From Candidatus Omnitrophota bacterium (GTDB lineage Bacteria > Omnitrophota > Gorgyraeia > Zapsychrales > Fredricksoniimonadaceae): a stretch of DNA of 64,000 nt. The notes beneath the pieces were generated by a model. The model was not told where the DNA came from. It searched no databases and saw nothing but the letters and a program-made list of their open reading frames with translations. The stretch spans positions 5,475 to 69,474 of the forward strand of contig JBAXRK010000005.1 of NCBI GenBank assembly GCA_037131245.1, in the 5' to 3' direction. Each line of letters opens with the position of its first letter. Within the stretch, counting starts at the first letter, position 1. This document shows positions 9,084 to 18,111 of the stretch, piece after piece. Position numbers and translations under genes: made by a program.

Positions 9084-9806
9084 ATGGATGATGGTTTGAA
9101 GAAACATTTCATTAATAATCCTGTTTTCTTAAAAATAAAGCCCCGCTTTAATTGGCGGACTTTTAAGACGGAGAAATACGTTAAGCAGGTTTTTATCAAT
9201 GAGCGCGTTGTTGAGACGCCGTTCGTTATTTCCCGTCTTGGGCGATTGCCGAAAGGTTCGGCGGTATTGGACCTCGGATGCACAGAGAGCGTGCTTCCCC
9301 TGTATCTTGCCGCGCTCGGGTACGAAGTGACGGGCACGGATTTTCGCGTGTATCCTTATGAAGTCCCGCATTTTACTTTCCGGCAGGCGGATATCATGAA
9401 GTTGCCGTTCCCGGACGAGTCTTTTGACGCGGTCACTTGTATTTCGACACTGGAACATATTGGCATTGGCCATTACGCCGATCCGCGGCACGAGGGGTGG
9501 GGCGACCTTAAGGCTATTGAAGAGGCGGCGCGTGTTTTGCGGCGTGGCGGGCGCTTTCTGCTTTCGGTTCCTTTTGGTTGTCCCAGGGAGGACTCATTTC
9601 AGAGAGTGTATGATGGCGCGCGGCTTGACCGTTTGCTGGCCGGTTTTAAGGTCGATGAAGCTGTTTATTATGTGAACTGCCCGGCCGCCCCCGGGGCATT
9701 GAATAATGCCTGGGCAGAAGTTGATCGCGCGACAGCGGCAAAGTCTATTTCGGAAGAACGGACGAATGGGGTTTGTATTATTTCCGCCAGCAGGGGGCTA
9801 TCTTGA
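9084..9806 (+). CDS. class I SAM-dependent methyltransferase
   Basis: VLDLGCTES motif I, FDAVTCISTLEHIG; track start GTG 9072, but ATG 9084 has a better AGGTGG Shine-Dalgarno spacing. Confidence 0.7.
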   Translation: MDDGLKKHFINNPVFLKIKPRFNWRTFKTEKYVKQVFINERVVETPFVISRLGRLPKGSAVLDLGCTESVLPLYLAALGYEVTGTDFRVYPYEVPHFTFRQADIMKLPFPDESFDAVTCISTLEHIGIGHYADPRHEGWGDLKAIEEAARVLRRGGRFLLSVPFGCPREDSFQRVYDGARLDRLLAGFKVDEAVYYVNCPAAPGALNNAWAEVDRATAAKSISEERTNGVCIISASRGLS

Positions 9807-9835
9807 GTTGTGATCGTCAGGTAAAAGTTGTTTCG

Positions 9836-11053
9836 ATGGCTGATCGGGTGCTGATATTCTCACTCTACGCAACGGCATTTTGTCTTCCGCTTTCAATCGC
9901 GGCGGTCGAGACGTTTATTTTTCTAGCTGTGCTGGCGTTCATCGTTAAGAAGATGTTGCGGCCGGATTTTGGGTTCCTGAGGGATCGCGCGCATTTCTTC
10001 CTGCTGCTGTTTTTTGTTTTTTCCGCTTTTTCACTGGTTAATTCCGGTGTGAATATGCATAAGAGCCTCAATGCGCTTTTCTTTAAATGGGGGGAGTATA
10101 TCCTTCTATTTTTCGTAGTCCAGGATACCCTGTCCGATCCCCGACGGATAAGGAACACGGTATTCGTTCTCCTCGCCTCCGCGGCTCTGGTGGCCCTGGA
10201 TTGCGCGTCGCAATATTTTTTCAGTTGGGAGTTTGTGCGCGGCAAAGTTGTTTTTGCGATCGATGGCACGATGAAAGCGATCACCGGCCCGTTCAAACAT
10301 TACAACTCTCTTGCCGCTTATCTGGTGTGTACACTGACGCTGATATTGTCTATTCTCACGGTCGCCAGCGGGTCTTTCTTGAAGGATGCCTTAAGGGGAA
10401 AAAAGCGGCAAGGCGGGCTGATCCTTCTTGGCTTGGTGTTGGCGTGCGCTTTGTTGCTGACTTTTTCCCGCGGGGCCTGGACTGGCCTGACGGGAGCCCT
10501 GTTGCTGATGTTGTTGCTTTCCCGCCAGCTTAAATTGATGGTCTCTCAGGTGGTCATTTTTTCTTTTGTTCTGTTTAATCCCGTGATCCGGGACAGGGCT
10601 TTCTCCATATTTCACGACGGGGCTGATACCGGCAGGTTCGGCTTCTGGAGCGCGGCGGCGGGGATGATCCATGACCATCCTTGGCTGGGGACAGGCATCG
10701 GGACATTTATGTCGAATTTTGCCCAGTATGGGAAGGTTCCCGGCATTTGGTACGCGCACAATTGTTACTTGCAGATCTGGGCGGAAACGGGCATTTTTGC
10801 CCTGATCAGTTTCCTGGCGTTCCTTTTTCTGATCTTTCAGCGCGGTTTCGCGGCGTTCGGCAAGACCCGGGATGGTGTTGTGCTGGGCCTGGTTTGTGCC
10901 CTGTTTGGGTATGCGGTCCATGCTTTTTTTGACAATCACTTGTATAGCGTGCAGTTGGCTGTCTTGTTCTGGTTCATGGCCGGCCTGGTGGCGGCGGCAA
11001 GCCGGCTGGCGCTCCAGGAAGGGAAAGGGGCTGTTGATGCGGATAGGGTTTGA
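9836..11053 (+). CDS. O-antigen ligase (Wzy_C/WaaL) family polytopic membrane protein
   Basis: Track ORF 9773..11053; ATG 9836 avoids overlap with the upstream gene; multiple TM helices; LLTFSRGAW and periplasmic-loop H (AHNCYLQIWAETG) typical of the WaaL/PglL family. Confidence 0.7.
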   Translation: MADRVLIFSLYATAFCLPLSIAAVETFIFLAVLAFIVKKMLRPDFGFLRDRAHFFLLLFFVFSAFSLVNSGVNMHKSLNALFFKWGEYILLFFVVQDTLSDPRRIRNTVFVLLASAALVALDCASQYFFSWEFVRGKVVFAIDGTMKAITGPFKHYNSLAAYLVCTLTLILSILTVASGSFLKDALRGKKRQGGLILLGLVLACALLLTFSRGAWTGLTGALLLMLLLSRQLKLMVSQVVIFSFVLFNPVIRDRAFSIFHDGADTGRFGFWSAAAGMIHDHPWLGTGIGTFMSNFAQYGKVPGIWYAHNCYLQIWAETGIFALISFLAFLFLIFQRGFAAFGKTRDGVVLGLVCALFGYAVHAFFDNHLYSVQLAVLFWFMAGLVAAASRLALQEGKGAVDADRV

Positions 11054-12185
11054 CGCTAATGTCCTGACGAAAGAAAAGAGTGCCGGCGCGTATTACCTGG
11101 CGCAACTGGTCCGCGCCCTGGCGCTGCTCAATCCCAGGCTGGAAATATTCCTGTTTTCCGCGGATAAGGTCTGCGTGGATTACGATCATTACATACATTT
11201 CCCGTCTGTAACAAGGGTTACGCTCGACCTGCCACGCGAGGCGCGCAAGAGCTGGCCGGCCCGTTATATTCCCGGCATGCTTGCCGCGCACAAGATCGAT
11301 GTGTTCCATTCGCCTTGCCAGGACGGGGCCCCGTTATTCCGCCCTGGTTGTCCGACGGTTGTGACAGTCATGGGCATGGGTGACTGGATCATGGCCGGTT
11401 CTTTTACGGGTTGGTGGGAGAAAAAGAATTATCAATTCCGGCATTTAGCGTGGAGCCGCCTGGCCGCGCGGACCATTACGCTCTCAGAGACGACGAAGAA
11501 TGATCTGATGCGCTTTTGCCGCGTGGCGGCAGATAACATTGCCGTTACGTTGCCCGGGGCCGGCTCGGATGACCTCTTTTCGTTATCAGGGGCCGAGGTC
11601 GACAGGGTGGTTGAACAGTTCGGCTTGGCGGGAAAAGATTATATTGTTAATACGTCGGGCCTGAGTGACCGCCGGCATAACCTTAATTTTGTCCTGGAAG
11701 GGTTCGCGCAGTATGCCCGCCGGGCGGCCACGGAGGTCAAGCTGGTCGTGACCGGCAGCGTGAATTATGAAGGCACGTATGCCCGGGCCATCCGCAAGAT
11801 GGAGATCCTGGGGATCAGGGATAAGGTGATCCTGACGGGATTCATTCCGGACCGCTCTTTTTACGCGCTCTTGCGTAATGCCCGGGTGGCCATCGTTTCG
11901 TCGATGTACTCCGGGGTATCGTTCGCGCTCACCGAGTCTTTTGCGGCGGGTGTGCCTGTGATCGCTTCCGGCCGGGGCGCGTTCCCCGAGTTGGCGGGAG
12001 AAGCGGCGATCATGGTTGATCCTTACGATACGGAGAGCCTGGCGGAATCGCTGCGGCGCCTGCTGGAGAATCAGGTTGAGCATGACCTTTATGTTGAGAA
12101 AGGTGTTTCACGGGCGAAAGAGTTCAGTTGGGAGAAAATGGCCCAGGCGACTTTAAAAGTTTATCAGGAAATAGGGAGCAAATAG
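11037..12185 (+). CDS. glycosyltransferase family 4 (GT-B)
   Basis: Track ORF 10872..12185; conserved N-terminus starts at MRIGFDANVL (ATG 11037); C-terminal GT4-type fold. Confidence 0.75.
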   Translation: MRIGFDANVLTKEKSAGAYYLAQLVRALALLNPRLEIFLFSADKVCVDYDHYIHFPSVTRVTLDLPREARKSWPARYIPGMLAAHKIDVFHSPCQDGAPLFRPGCPTVVTVMGMGDWIMAGSFTGWWEKKNYQFRHLAWSRLAARTITLSETTKNDLMRFCRVAADNIAVTLPGAGSDDLFSLSGAEVDRVVEQFGLAGKDYIVNTSGLSDRRHNLNFVLEGFAQYARRAATEVKLVVTGSVNYEGTYARAIRKMEILGIRDKVILTGFIPDRSFYALLRNARVAIVSSMYSGVSFALTESFAAGVPVIASGRGAFPELAGEAAIMVDPYDTESLAESLRRLLENQVEHDLYVEKGVSRAKEFSWEKMAQATLKVYQEIGSK

Positions 12186-12186
12186 A

Positions 12187-14010
12187 ATGGCATCTGTTTA
12201 TATTCTGGGGATCTCGGGCTATTATCATGACAGCGCGGCAGCGCTGCTCAAGGACGGCGTTATTATCGCTGCCGCCCAGGAAGAGCGTTTCACCCGCAAG
12301 AAGCATGATGCCGCTTTTCCTTCAAAAGCGGTAGCGTATTGCCTTAAAGAAGCCGGGATCACGATCAAGGACGTGACGCATGTTGCTTTCTATGAGAAGC
12401 CGTTCTTGAAGTTCGAGCGCCTGTTGCTCACATATCTCAATTACGCGCCGTCCGGGCTTTTGTCTTTCCTTAAAGCTATGCCGGCCTGGCTTAAAGAAAA
12501 GATCTTCCTTAAGGATGCGCTGCAAAAGGAACTAGGGTGGGAGGGGGATATTGTTTTCCCGGAACATCACGAGTCGCACGCGGCGTCGGCTTTTTTCCCG
12601 TCGCCTTTTGAAGACGCGGCTATCCTCACCATGGACGGTGTCGGCGAATGGGCGACCACCAGCATTGGCATCGGGGAAGCGAATGCTATCCGGCTGCACA
12701 GTGAACTGCGCTTCCCGCACTCTCTCGGGCTGCTTTATTCCGCTTTTACTTATTATTGCGGTTTTCGCGTGAACTCCGGTGAGTATAAATTGATGGGCCT
12801 AGCGCCCTACGGCGAGCCGAAATACGCCGACCTTATCCGCCAGGAATTGATCGATATCAAGGACGACGGTTCTTTCCGGTTGAACATGCCGTATTTCAAT
12901 TATTGCGCCGGGCTCACCATGACCAGCGAGCGTTTCCATAAGTTGTTCGGCCGGGGCCCACGCAAGCCGGAGACAGCCCTGTCTCAATTTGATATGGACC
13001 TGGCCCGTTCGATCCAGGCGGTGACGGAAGAGGTGATGGTGAAGACCGCGCGGCATGTGCGCGCGCTGACCGGTAAAAAGAACCTGTGCCTGGCTGGCGG
13101 GGTGGCGCTTAATTGTGTGGGGAACGGGCGTATTGCCCGCGAGAATATTTTTGACCGGATCTGGATCCAGCCGGCGGCTGGCGATGCTGGTGGCGCATTA
13201 GGCGCGGCGCTTTTTGTCTGGTACCAGTACTTAGGGAATGCCCGGAAGGTCGATGGCAAGAACGATCTTCAGTCGGGCTCTTATCTGGGGCCGGGTTACG
13301 CGGATGATGAGGTGGAGGTGTTCCTGAAGGCGAAGAAGGCTCCGTATGAGCGCTATGATGATCCGGTGTTACATGAGCGGGTGGCGGATCTGATCGCCGG
13401 CGAGAAAGTGATCGGTTATGTACAGGGCCGTATGGAGTTCGGGCCGCGGGCGCTGGGGGCGCGCAGTATCATCGGGGACGCCCGGTCGCTGAAGATGCAG
13501 GAAGAGATGAACGTGCGCATCAAGTTCCGGGAGTCTTTCCGTCCTTTTGCGCCGAGCATCCTGGAAGATAAAGCGAAGGATTATGTCGCACTGCCTTATG
13601 AGAGCCCGTATATGCTGATGGTGGGGCCGGTGGTGGAAAGTCAGATCGATCCCGCATCGCGCGATACCTCGCTTACCGGCATTGCCAAGCTCAAGGTCAA
13701 ACGATCGACGGTGCCTGCTATCACGCACGTGGATTATTCCGCGCGCGTTCAGACGGTCAGCCCAGGGCGGAACGGTTTTTATTACCGGACGATCGAAGCC
13801 TTTTACAAGAAGACCGGCTGCCCGGTCATTATCAATACGTCGTTCAATATCCGCGGGGAACCGATCGTGTGCACGCTGGAGGATGCGTACCGGTGTTTTA
13901 TGTGCACGAACATGGATTTTCTGGTCCTGGGCCATTGCGTGCTGGACAAACAGCAGCAACCCGACCGCGACAAGTATAAAAAGGACGATATCTCACAGGT
14001 ATTGGATTGA
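12187..14010 (+). CDS. NodU/CmcH-family carbamoyltransferase
   Basis: MASVYILGISGYYHDSAAALLKDGVIIAAAQEERFTRKKHD N-terminus, length about 600 aa and C-terminal CmcH_NodU-type region. Confidence 0.85.
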   Translation: MASVYILGISGYYHDSAAALLKDGVIIAAAQEERFTRKKHDAAFPSKAVAYCLKEAGITIKDVTHVAFYEKPFLKFERLLLTYLNYAPSGLLSFLKAMPAWLKEKIFLKDALQKELGWEGDIVFPEHHESHAASAFFPSPFEDAAILTMDGVGEWATTSIGIGEANAIRLHSELRFPHSLGLLYSAFTYYCGFRVNSGEYKLMGLAPYGEPKYADLIRQELIDIKDDGSFRLNMPYFNYCAGLTMTSERFHKLFGRGPRKPETALSQFDMDLARSIQAVTEEVMVKTARHVRALTGKKNLCLAGGVALNCVGNGRIARENIFDRIWIQPAAGDAGGALGAALFVWYQYLGNARKVDGKNDLQSGSYLGPGYADDEVEVFLKAKKAPYERYDDPVLHERVADLIAGEKVIGYVQGRMEFGPRALGARSIIGDARSLKMQEEMNVRIKFRESFRPFAPSILEDKAKDYVALPYESPYMLMVGPVVESQIDPASRDTSLTGIAKLKVKRSTVPAITHVDYSARVQTVSPGRNGFYYRTIEAFYKKTGCPVIINTSFNIRGEPIVCTLEDAYRCFMCTNMDFLVLGHCVLDKQQQPDRDKYKKDDISQVLD

Positions 14011-14013
14011 GCC

Positions 14014-14412
14014 ATGGATAAAGAGAAGAAAGATCTTTTAGTTTTTGGTTATGGGTTAGCGGTTATTGCCGTTTTCTTCGCGGCCGGTGGCGCGCTTAAG
14101 CACGGCTTTGGTTTAGCGCAGCAGGTCCTGGTCGTTTGCGCTTTGGTCTTTGCCGGCGTGACGCTTTTAGATTGGCAGGCGCTGCGTCCGGGTTACAAGG
14201 GTTGGATGAAGGTCGCGCATGTGATCGGCGGCGTGGTGACCACCGCGATCCTGACCGTGGTGTTTGTGGTGCTGTTCGTACCCATCGGTTTGTTCCTTCG
14301 GCTGGTTGGCAAGGATCATCTGGAGCGCGGGCTCGACCGTTCGGCGGCCAGTTATTGGCATCGGCGCCCGGAGGGGGCGTTCGATCGGGAAAGTTATCGT
14401 CAGCAATTTTAA
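14014..14412 (+). CDS. SxtJ-family small membrane protein
   Basis: 132 aa, 3-4 TM helices, C-terminal ...SYWHRRP...; position immediately after the carbamoyltransferase as in sxtI-sxtJ-sxtK arrangements. Confidence 0.6.
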   Translation: MDKEKKDLLVFGYGLAVIAVFFAAGGALKHGFGLAQQVLVVCALVFAGVTLLDWQALRPGYKGWMKVAHVIGGVVTTAILTVVFVVLFVPIGLFLRLVGKDHLERGLDRSAASYWHRRPEGAFDRESYRQQF

Positions 14413-14425
14413 GGGAGATTGTTGT

Positions 14426-14584
14426 ATGGCAAAAGTGTCGATCATCAGTGAGTTGTGGCAGTTCTTAAAGACCCGTAAGCGTTTCTGGCTGGCGCCGATC
14501 ATCGTGATCCTGCTGCTCCTTAGCGTCCTGGTCATTTTCGCGCAAAGCTCGGCGGTCGCGCCGTTCATCTACACATTATTTTGA
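14426..14584 (+). CDS. DUF5989/SxtK-like small membrane protein (52 aa)
   Basis: ATG 14426 preceded by AAGGGAG; MAKVSIISELWQFLKTRKRFWLAPIIVILLLLSVLVIFAQSSAVAPFIYTLF matches the family pattern (KKFWL.PII...SAVAPFIYTLF); the track only shows it inside a longer ORF 14264..14584. Confidence 0.6.
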   Translation: MAKVSIISELWQFLKTRKRFWLAPIIVILLLLSVLVIFAQSSAVAPFIYTLF

Positions 14585-15651
14585 TGCCTGAAAGCGTGGC
14601 CCCGCAACGTATCCTGGTTGTCAATCCTTTTGGTATTGGGGATGTCCTTTTTACGACTCCGTTGATCGGCGCGCTTAAGCAACGGTATCCGGCGGCCTCG
14701 ATCAGTTATATCGGCAATGCCCGGACCGTGCCCTTTTTGAAGAATGATTCCCGCCTTGAGCGTGTTTTTTGTTATGAGCGGGATGATTTCGTTGCCATTT
14801 ACCGGAAGTCCCCGATCCGGTTTCTCCGCCGCTGGTTCGATTTTGCCCAGGAAATACGGGCGGGTGGTTTTGACACGGCTTTTGACCTTTCCCTTGGTTC
14901 ACCATTGGCGCTGGCGCTGGTTTGGGCGGGGATTCCCCGGCGGATCGGCTACGATCATAAGGGCCGCGGCCGCTGGCTAACGGACAAAGTTCCGCTCAAG
15001 GGGTATGAAGCGCGCCATGTGGCGGCCTATTATCTGGATCTTCTTGGTGGCACCCGGCCGGCCGGCCGGATGGAGATCTTTTCGTCGGACGCTGATAAAA
15101 CCCGGGCGGCTGCCTTCAGGCGGACCCATCAGTTAACGGAGCGTGGTTTTACGGTGATCCATCCCGGCGGAGGAGCCAGCTGGGGGAACAGCGCGGGCCT
15201 CAAGCGCTGGCCCGCCGTTAATTTTGCCGGATTAGCCGACAAAATGATTGAAAAAGGGGGGCTGCCCATTATACTGATGGGTGATAAAAATGAGGTTGCA
15301 TTGTGCGCGGAAGTCGCCGGCCTCATGAAGCATCGGCCTATTTTAGCGGCTGGGGCGTTGAGCCTGACCGAAGCGGCGGCGGTGATGGGTGCCGCGAAGC
15401 TGGTCGTAGCTAATGATGGCGGGCCGTTACATGTTGCCGTCGCGGCGGGTGCGGTAACAGCGTCGATCTTCGGTCCGGTCGATCCCGTGGTGTATGGCCC
15501 TTATCCGCCGGATACGCATCTGGTGGTCCAGAAAGGCCTGGCTTGCCAGCCTTGTTATCGTCGTTTTCGGATGTCTGATTGCCGGCATCAGGCTTGCCTT
15601 AAGTCTCTTTCGGTGGATGAAGTCTTTAATAAAATATCGAGGTTAATATGA
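14584..15651 (+). CDS. glycosyltransferase family 9 (heptosyltransferase family)
   Basis: ILVVNPFGIGDVLFTTPLIGALK N-terminus, NDGGPLHVA motif; TGATG junction with upstream stop. Confidence 0.75.
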   Translation: MPESVAPQRILVVNPFGIGDVLFTTPLIGALKQRYPAASISYIGNARTVPFLKNDSRLERVFCYERDDFVAIYRKSPIRFLRRWFDFAQEIRAGGFDTAFDLSLGSPLALALVWAGIPRRIGYDHKGRGRWLTDKVPLKGYEARHVAAYYLDLLGGTRPAGRMEIFSSDADKTRAAAFRRTHQLTERGFTVIHPGGGASWGNSAGLKRWPAVNFAGLADKMIEKGGLPIILMGDKNEVALCAEVAGLMKHRPILAAGALSLTEAAAVMGAAKLVVANDGGPLHVAVAAGAVTASIFGPVDPVVYGPYPPDTHLVVQKGLACQPCYRRFRMSDCRHQACLKSLSVDEVFNKISRLI

Positions 15652-16745
15652 GCGTGCCATTCATTGATTTTTCTAAACAGAACGCGGCGATCAAGGCTGA
15701 AGTGGATGCCGGCTGGTCGACGGTGATCGACAAGTCCGCGTTCATCATGGGCCCTCAGGTTAAAATGTTCGAGGAGGAATTTGCCCGCTTTTGCGGCGTT
15801 AAGTATGCCCTGGGTGTCAATTCAGGGACTGACGCGCTTTATCTGGCTTTATCCGCCCTGGATATCGGGCCTGGTGATGAGGTTATCCTGCCGACGCATA
15901 CGTTCATCGCGACGGCGCTTTGCGTGTCGTATACCGGCGCCACGGTCAAGTTCGTGGACGTTGAGGATGTAACGTACAATATCGATCCGGCCAGTTTGGC
16001 GAAAGCGGTGACCAACAAGACCAAGGCGGTCATCCCGGTCCATTTGTATGGCCAGATGGCGGATATGGACGGGATCCGGGCGGTGACCGATAAGCACGGC
16101 ATCGCGATCGTCGAGGACGCCTGCCAGGCACACGGGGCGCGGTACAAAGGCGTGCGCAGCGGCGCGGCGGGAAAGGCCGGCTGTTTCAGTTTCTATCCGA
16201 CCAAAGGGCTGGGTGGTTGGGGGGATGGCGGCGCGGTCATTACCAATGATGATAAAGTTAAATATATGGTCGAGATGCTGCGCGATTATGGCCGCACCGA
16301 CCGGTATAATCATAAAATGAAGGGCTTTAATTCCCGCCTTGATACGATGCAGGCGGTGGTGCTGTCGGCCAAGCTGAAGCATCTTGATCAATGGAACGGG
16401 ATGCGGCAGAAAGTAGCCGCGGTTTACGCGACTGAGTTGGGGCGCATCGGGGTGAAGGTTCCGCAAGCGGCACCCGACCGTGATCATATGTATCAGACGT
16501 ACGCGATCCGCGTGAAGGATCGCGAACGGGTGATGGAGAGCCTCAAGTCCCGCGGGATACCGTCGCTCATTCATTATCCTATTCCGGTCCATTTGCAGGA
16601 AGCTTATCGGGACGCCGGTTATAAGGCGGGGGACTTCCCGGTTTCCGAGAAGATCGCTTCCGAGATCCTGTCGCTGCCGCTGTTCCCTCATATGACCGCC
16701 GATCAGGTCAGGGAAGTCGTTAACGCTTTAAAGGAGAGCCTTTGA
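15648..16745 (+). CDS. DegT/DnrJ/EryC1/StrS family sugar aminotransferase
   Basis: NSGTDALYLA, DEVILPTHTF, VEDACQAHGA, lysine retained in FSFYPTKGLGGWGDGG; ATGA overlap upstream. Confidence 0.8.
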   Translation: MSVPFIDFSKQNAAIKAEVDAGWSTVIDKSAFIMGPQVKMFEEEFARFCGVKYALGVNSGTDALYLALSALDIGPGDEVILPTHTFIATALCVSYTGATVKFVDVEDVTYNIDPASLAKAVTNKTKAVIPVHLYGQMADMDGIRAVTDKHGIAIVEDACQAHGARYKGVRSGAAGKAGCFSFYPTKGLGGWGDGGAVITNDDKVKYMVEMLRDYGRTDRYNHKMKGFNSRLDTMQAVVLSAKLKHLDQWNGMRQKVAAVYATELGRIGVKVPQAAPDRDHMYQTYAIRVKDRERVMESLKSRGIPSLIHYPIPVHLQEAYRDAGYKAGDFPVSEKIASEILSLPLFPHMTADQVREVVNALKESL

Positions 16746-17515
16746 TGCCCAGTCCGGTCTCGGTTGTTATCATTGCGCGGAATGAAGAAGACAATATGGA
16801 CGCTTGCCTTTCCAGTGTCAAGGGGTGGGCGGACGAGATCGTGGTCGTCGACGACCGTTCCACTGACCGGACGGTTGAGATCGCTCAGAAGCTTGGCGCG
16901 ACGGTTTATCATCGCCAGATGGATAATGAGGGCATCCACCGCAATTGGGCCGCGGCTCAGGCCCGGAACGAATGGGTTCTTTATCTTGACGCTGATGAGC
17001 GGGTTACGCCCGAACTTCAGAAAGAGATCGACACAGTCCTGCCGGGCACTTCGCACGTGGCCTTCGCTATTCCCTTTCGCACTTTTATCGGGGCTTACTG
17101 GGTGAATCATTCCGGCTGGTACCCGGGCCACAAAACCCGCCTGGTGCGCAAAAGCAAATTCAAGTATGAAGAAGTGCCGGTGCATCCCCGGGTTTTTCAC
17201 GACGGGACCTGCGGCTTGATGACCAAAGATATCATTCATGACGGTTATCCCGACCTGGCGCACTTTCTTGCCAGCCTCAACCGCCAGACCACCCTGGAAG
17301 CACAGAAGTGGGTGACCGACAAGCGCCGCATGCCGATGTATATCGGTTTTTACCGCGCGATCGACCGGTTCTTTCGTTCTTACATCGGCAAGGGCGGATG
17401 GAGGGGCGGGTTCATGGGGTTTGTCATCGCCTATTTCGCGTCGTTATACCAGATCATGAGCTATATGAAATATTTCGAGATCACCAAAGGCATTACCGCC
17501 GGGACAAAGAAATGA
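16745..17515 (+). CDS. glycosyltransferase family 2, WaaE/KdtX-like LPS-core type
   Basis: VSVVIIARNEEDNMDACL...VVVDDRSTDRT, DADE motif, about 257 aa architecture with C-terminal GGWRGGFMGFVIA. Confidence 0.7.
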   Translation: MPSPVSVVIIARNEEDNMDACLSSVKGWADEIVVVDDRSTDRTVEIAQKLGATVYHRQMDNEGIHRNWAAAQARNEWVLYLDADERVTPELQKEIDTVLPGTSHVAFAIPFRTFIGAYWVNHSGWYPGHKTRLVRKSKFKYEEVPVHPRVFHDGTCGLMTKDIIHDGYPDLAHFLASLNRQTTLEAQKWVTDKRRMPMYIGFYRAIDRFFRSYIGKGGWRGGFMGFVIAYFASLYQIMSYMKYFEITKGITAGTKK

Positions 17516-18111
17516 AATTGGTTTTCCTTGATCGCGATGGCGTCATCAATGAATTTCCCGGTAACGGGCTTTACGTGACCAAGGTCAAGGATTTTCATTT
17601 CCTGCCCAGGACGTTGCGGGCGCTCAAGCGCCTGACGGACGGCGGCTACCATATTTTTGTGATCTCCAACCAGGCGGGCGTTGGCAAAGGGGTTTACTCT
17701 AAGGCCAAGCTCGGGCAGATCACCGCGCACATGCTTAAAGGGGTCAAAGCCGCCGGGGCCAGGATCGATGAGGTTTTTTATTGCACCTGCAAGTCTTCCG
17801 CTGGCTGCCATTGCCGCAAACCTCGGATCGGGAATATCCTCAAGGCGCTTAAGACGATCGACAAACCCATCGATGCCGCCCGTCACGCCTGGTTCGTCGG
17901 TGATACCGAAGGGGATATCAAGGCCGGGAAAAATGCCGGTTGCCGCACTATTTTCACCCTCTCGGGCCGCGAAAACCAGGAGTACATGAACCGTTGGGAT
18001 GTTCGTCCTGACCATATCGTGGAGGACCTTTATGACGCCGTCGACATCATCCTCAGCCAAGATCCTCATCCTGCACGCCAACGCGGGCGCGGGGCATCGC
18101 AAAGCCGCTGA
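17512..18111 (+). CDS. gmhB: HAD-IIIA D-glycero-D-manno-heptose 1,7-bisphosphate 7-phosphatase
   Basis: Track ORF 17308..18111; conserved start MKLVFLDRDGVIN (ATG 17512, ATGA overlap); SNQAGVGKG, C..CRKP Zn-loop, GDTEGDIKAG. Confidence 0.75.
   Translation: MKLVFLDRDGVINEFPGNGLYVTKVKDFHFLPRTLRALKRLTDGGYHIFVISNQAGVGKGVYSKAKLGQITAHMLKGVKAAGARIDEVFYCTCKSSAGCHCRKPRIGNILKALKTIDKPIDAARHAWFVGDTEGDIKAGKNAGCRTIFTLSGRENQEYMNRWDVRPDHIVEDLYDAVDIILSQDPHPARQRGRGASQSR

Noticed and set aside
10872-11036. N-terminal extensions of several track ORFs beyond the conserved protein start
   Set aside because: In each case the extension overlaps the preceding gene and lacks family similarity, while an internal ATG or GTG at a stop/start junction or behind a Shine-Dalgarno begins the conserved N-terminus. 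This also applies to 17308..17511, 24390..24476, 27718..27774, 32461..32496, 39060..39263, 39985..40080, 50338..50415, 56897..56941, 58024..58140 and 38656..38739 (minus strand).
14136-14468. Alternative-frame ORFs (14136..14468, 14167..14568 minus strand, 14264..14425) overlapping the SxtJ-like gene
   Set aside because: Their translations are Arg/Gly-rich without features. The SxtJ-like frame shows coherent TM helices, and the 52-aa DUF5989-like gene starts only at 14426.
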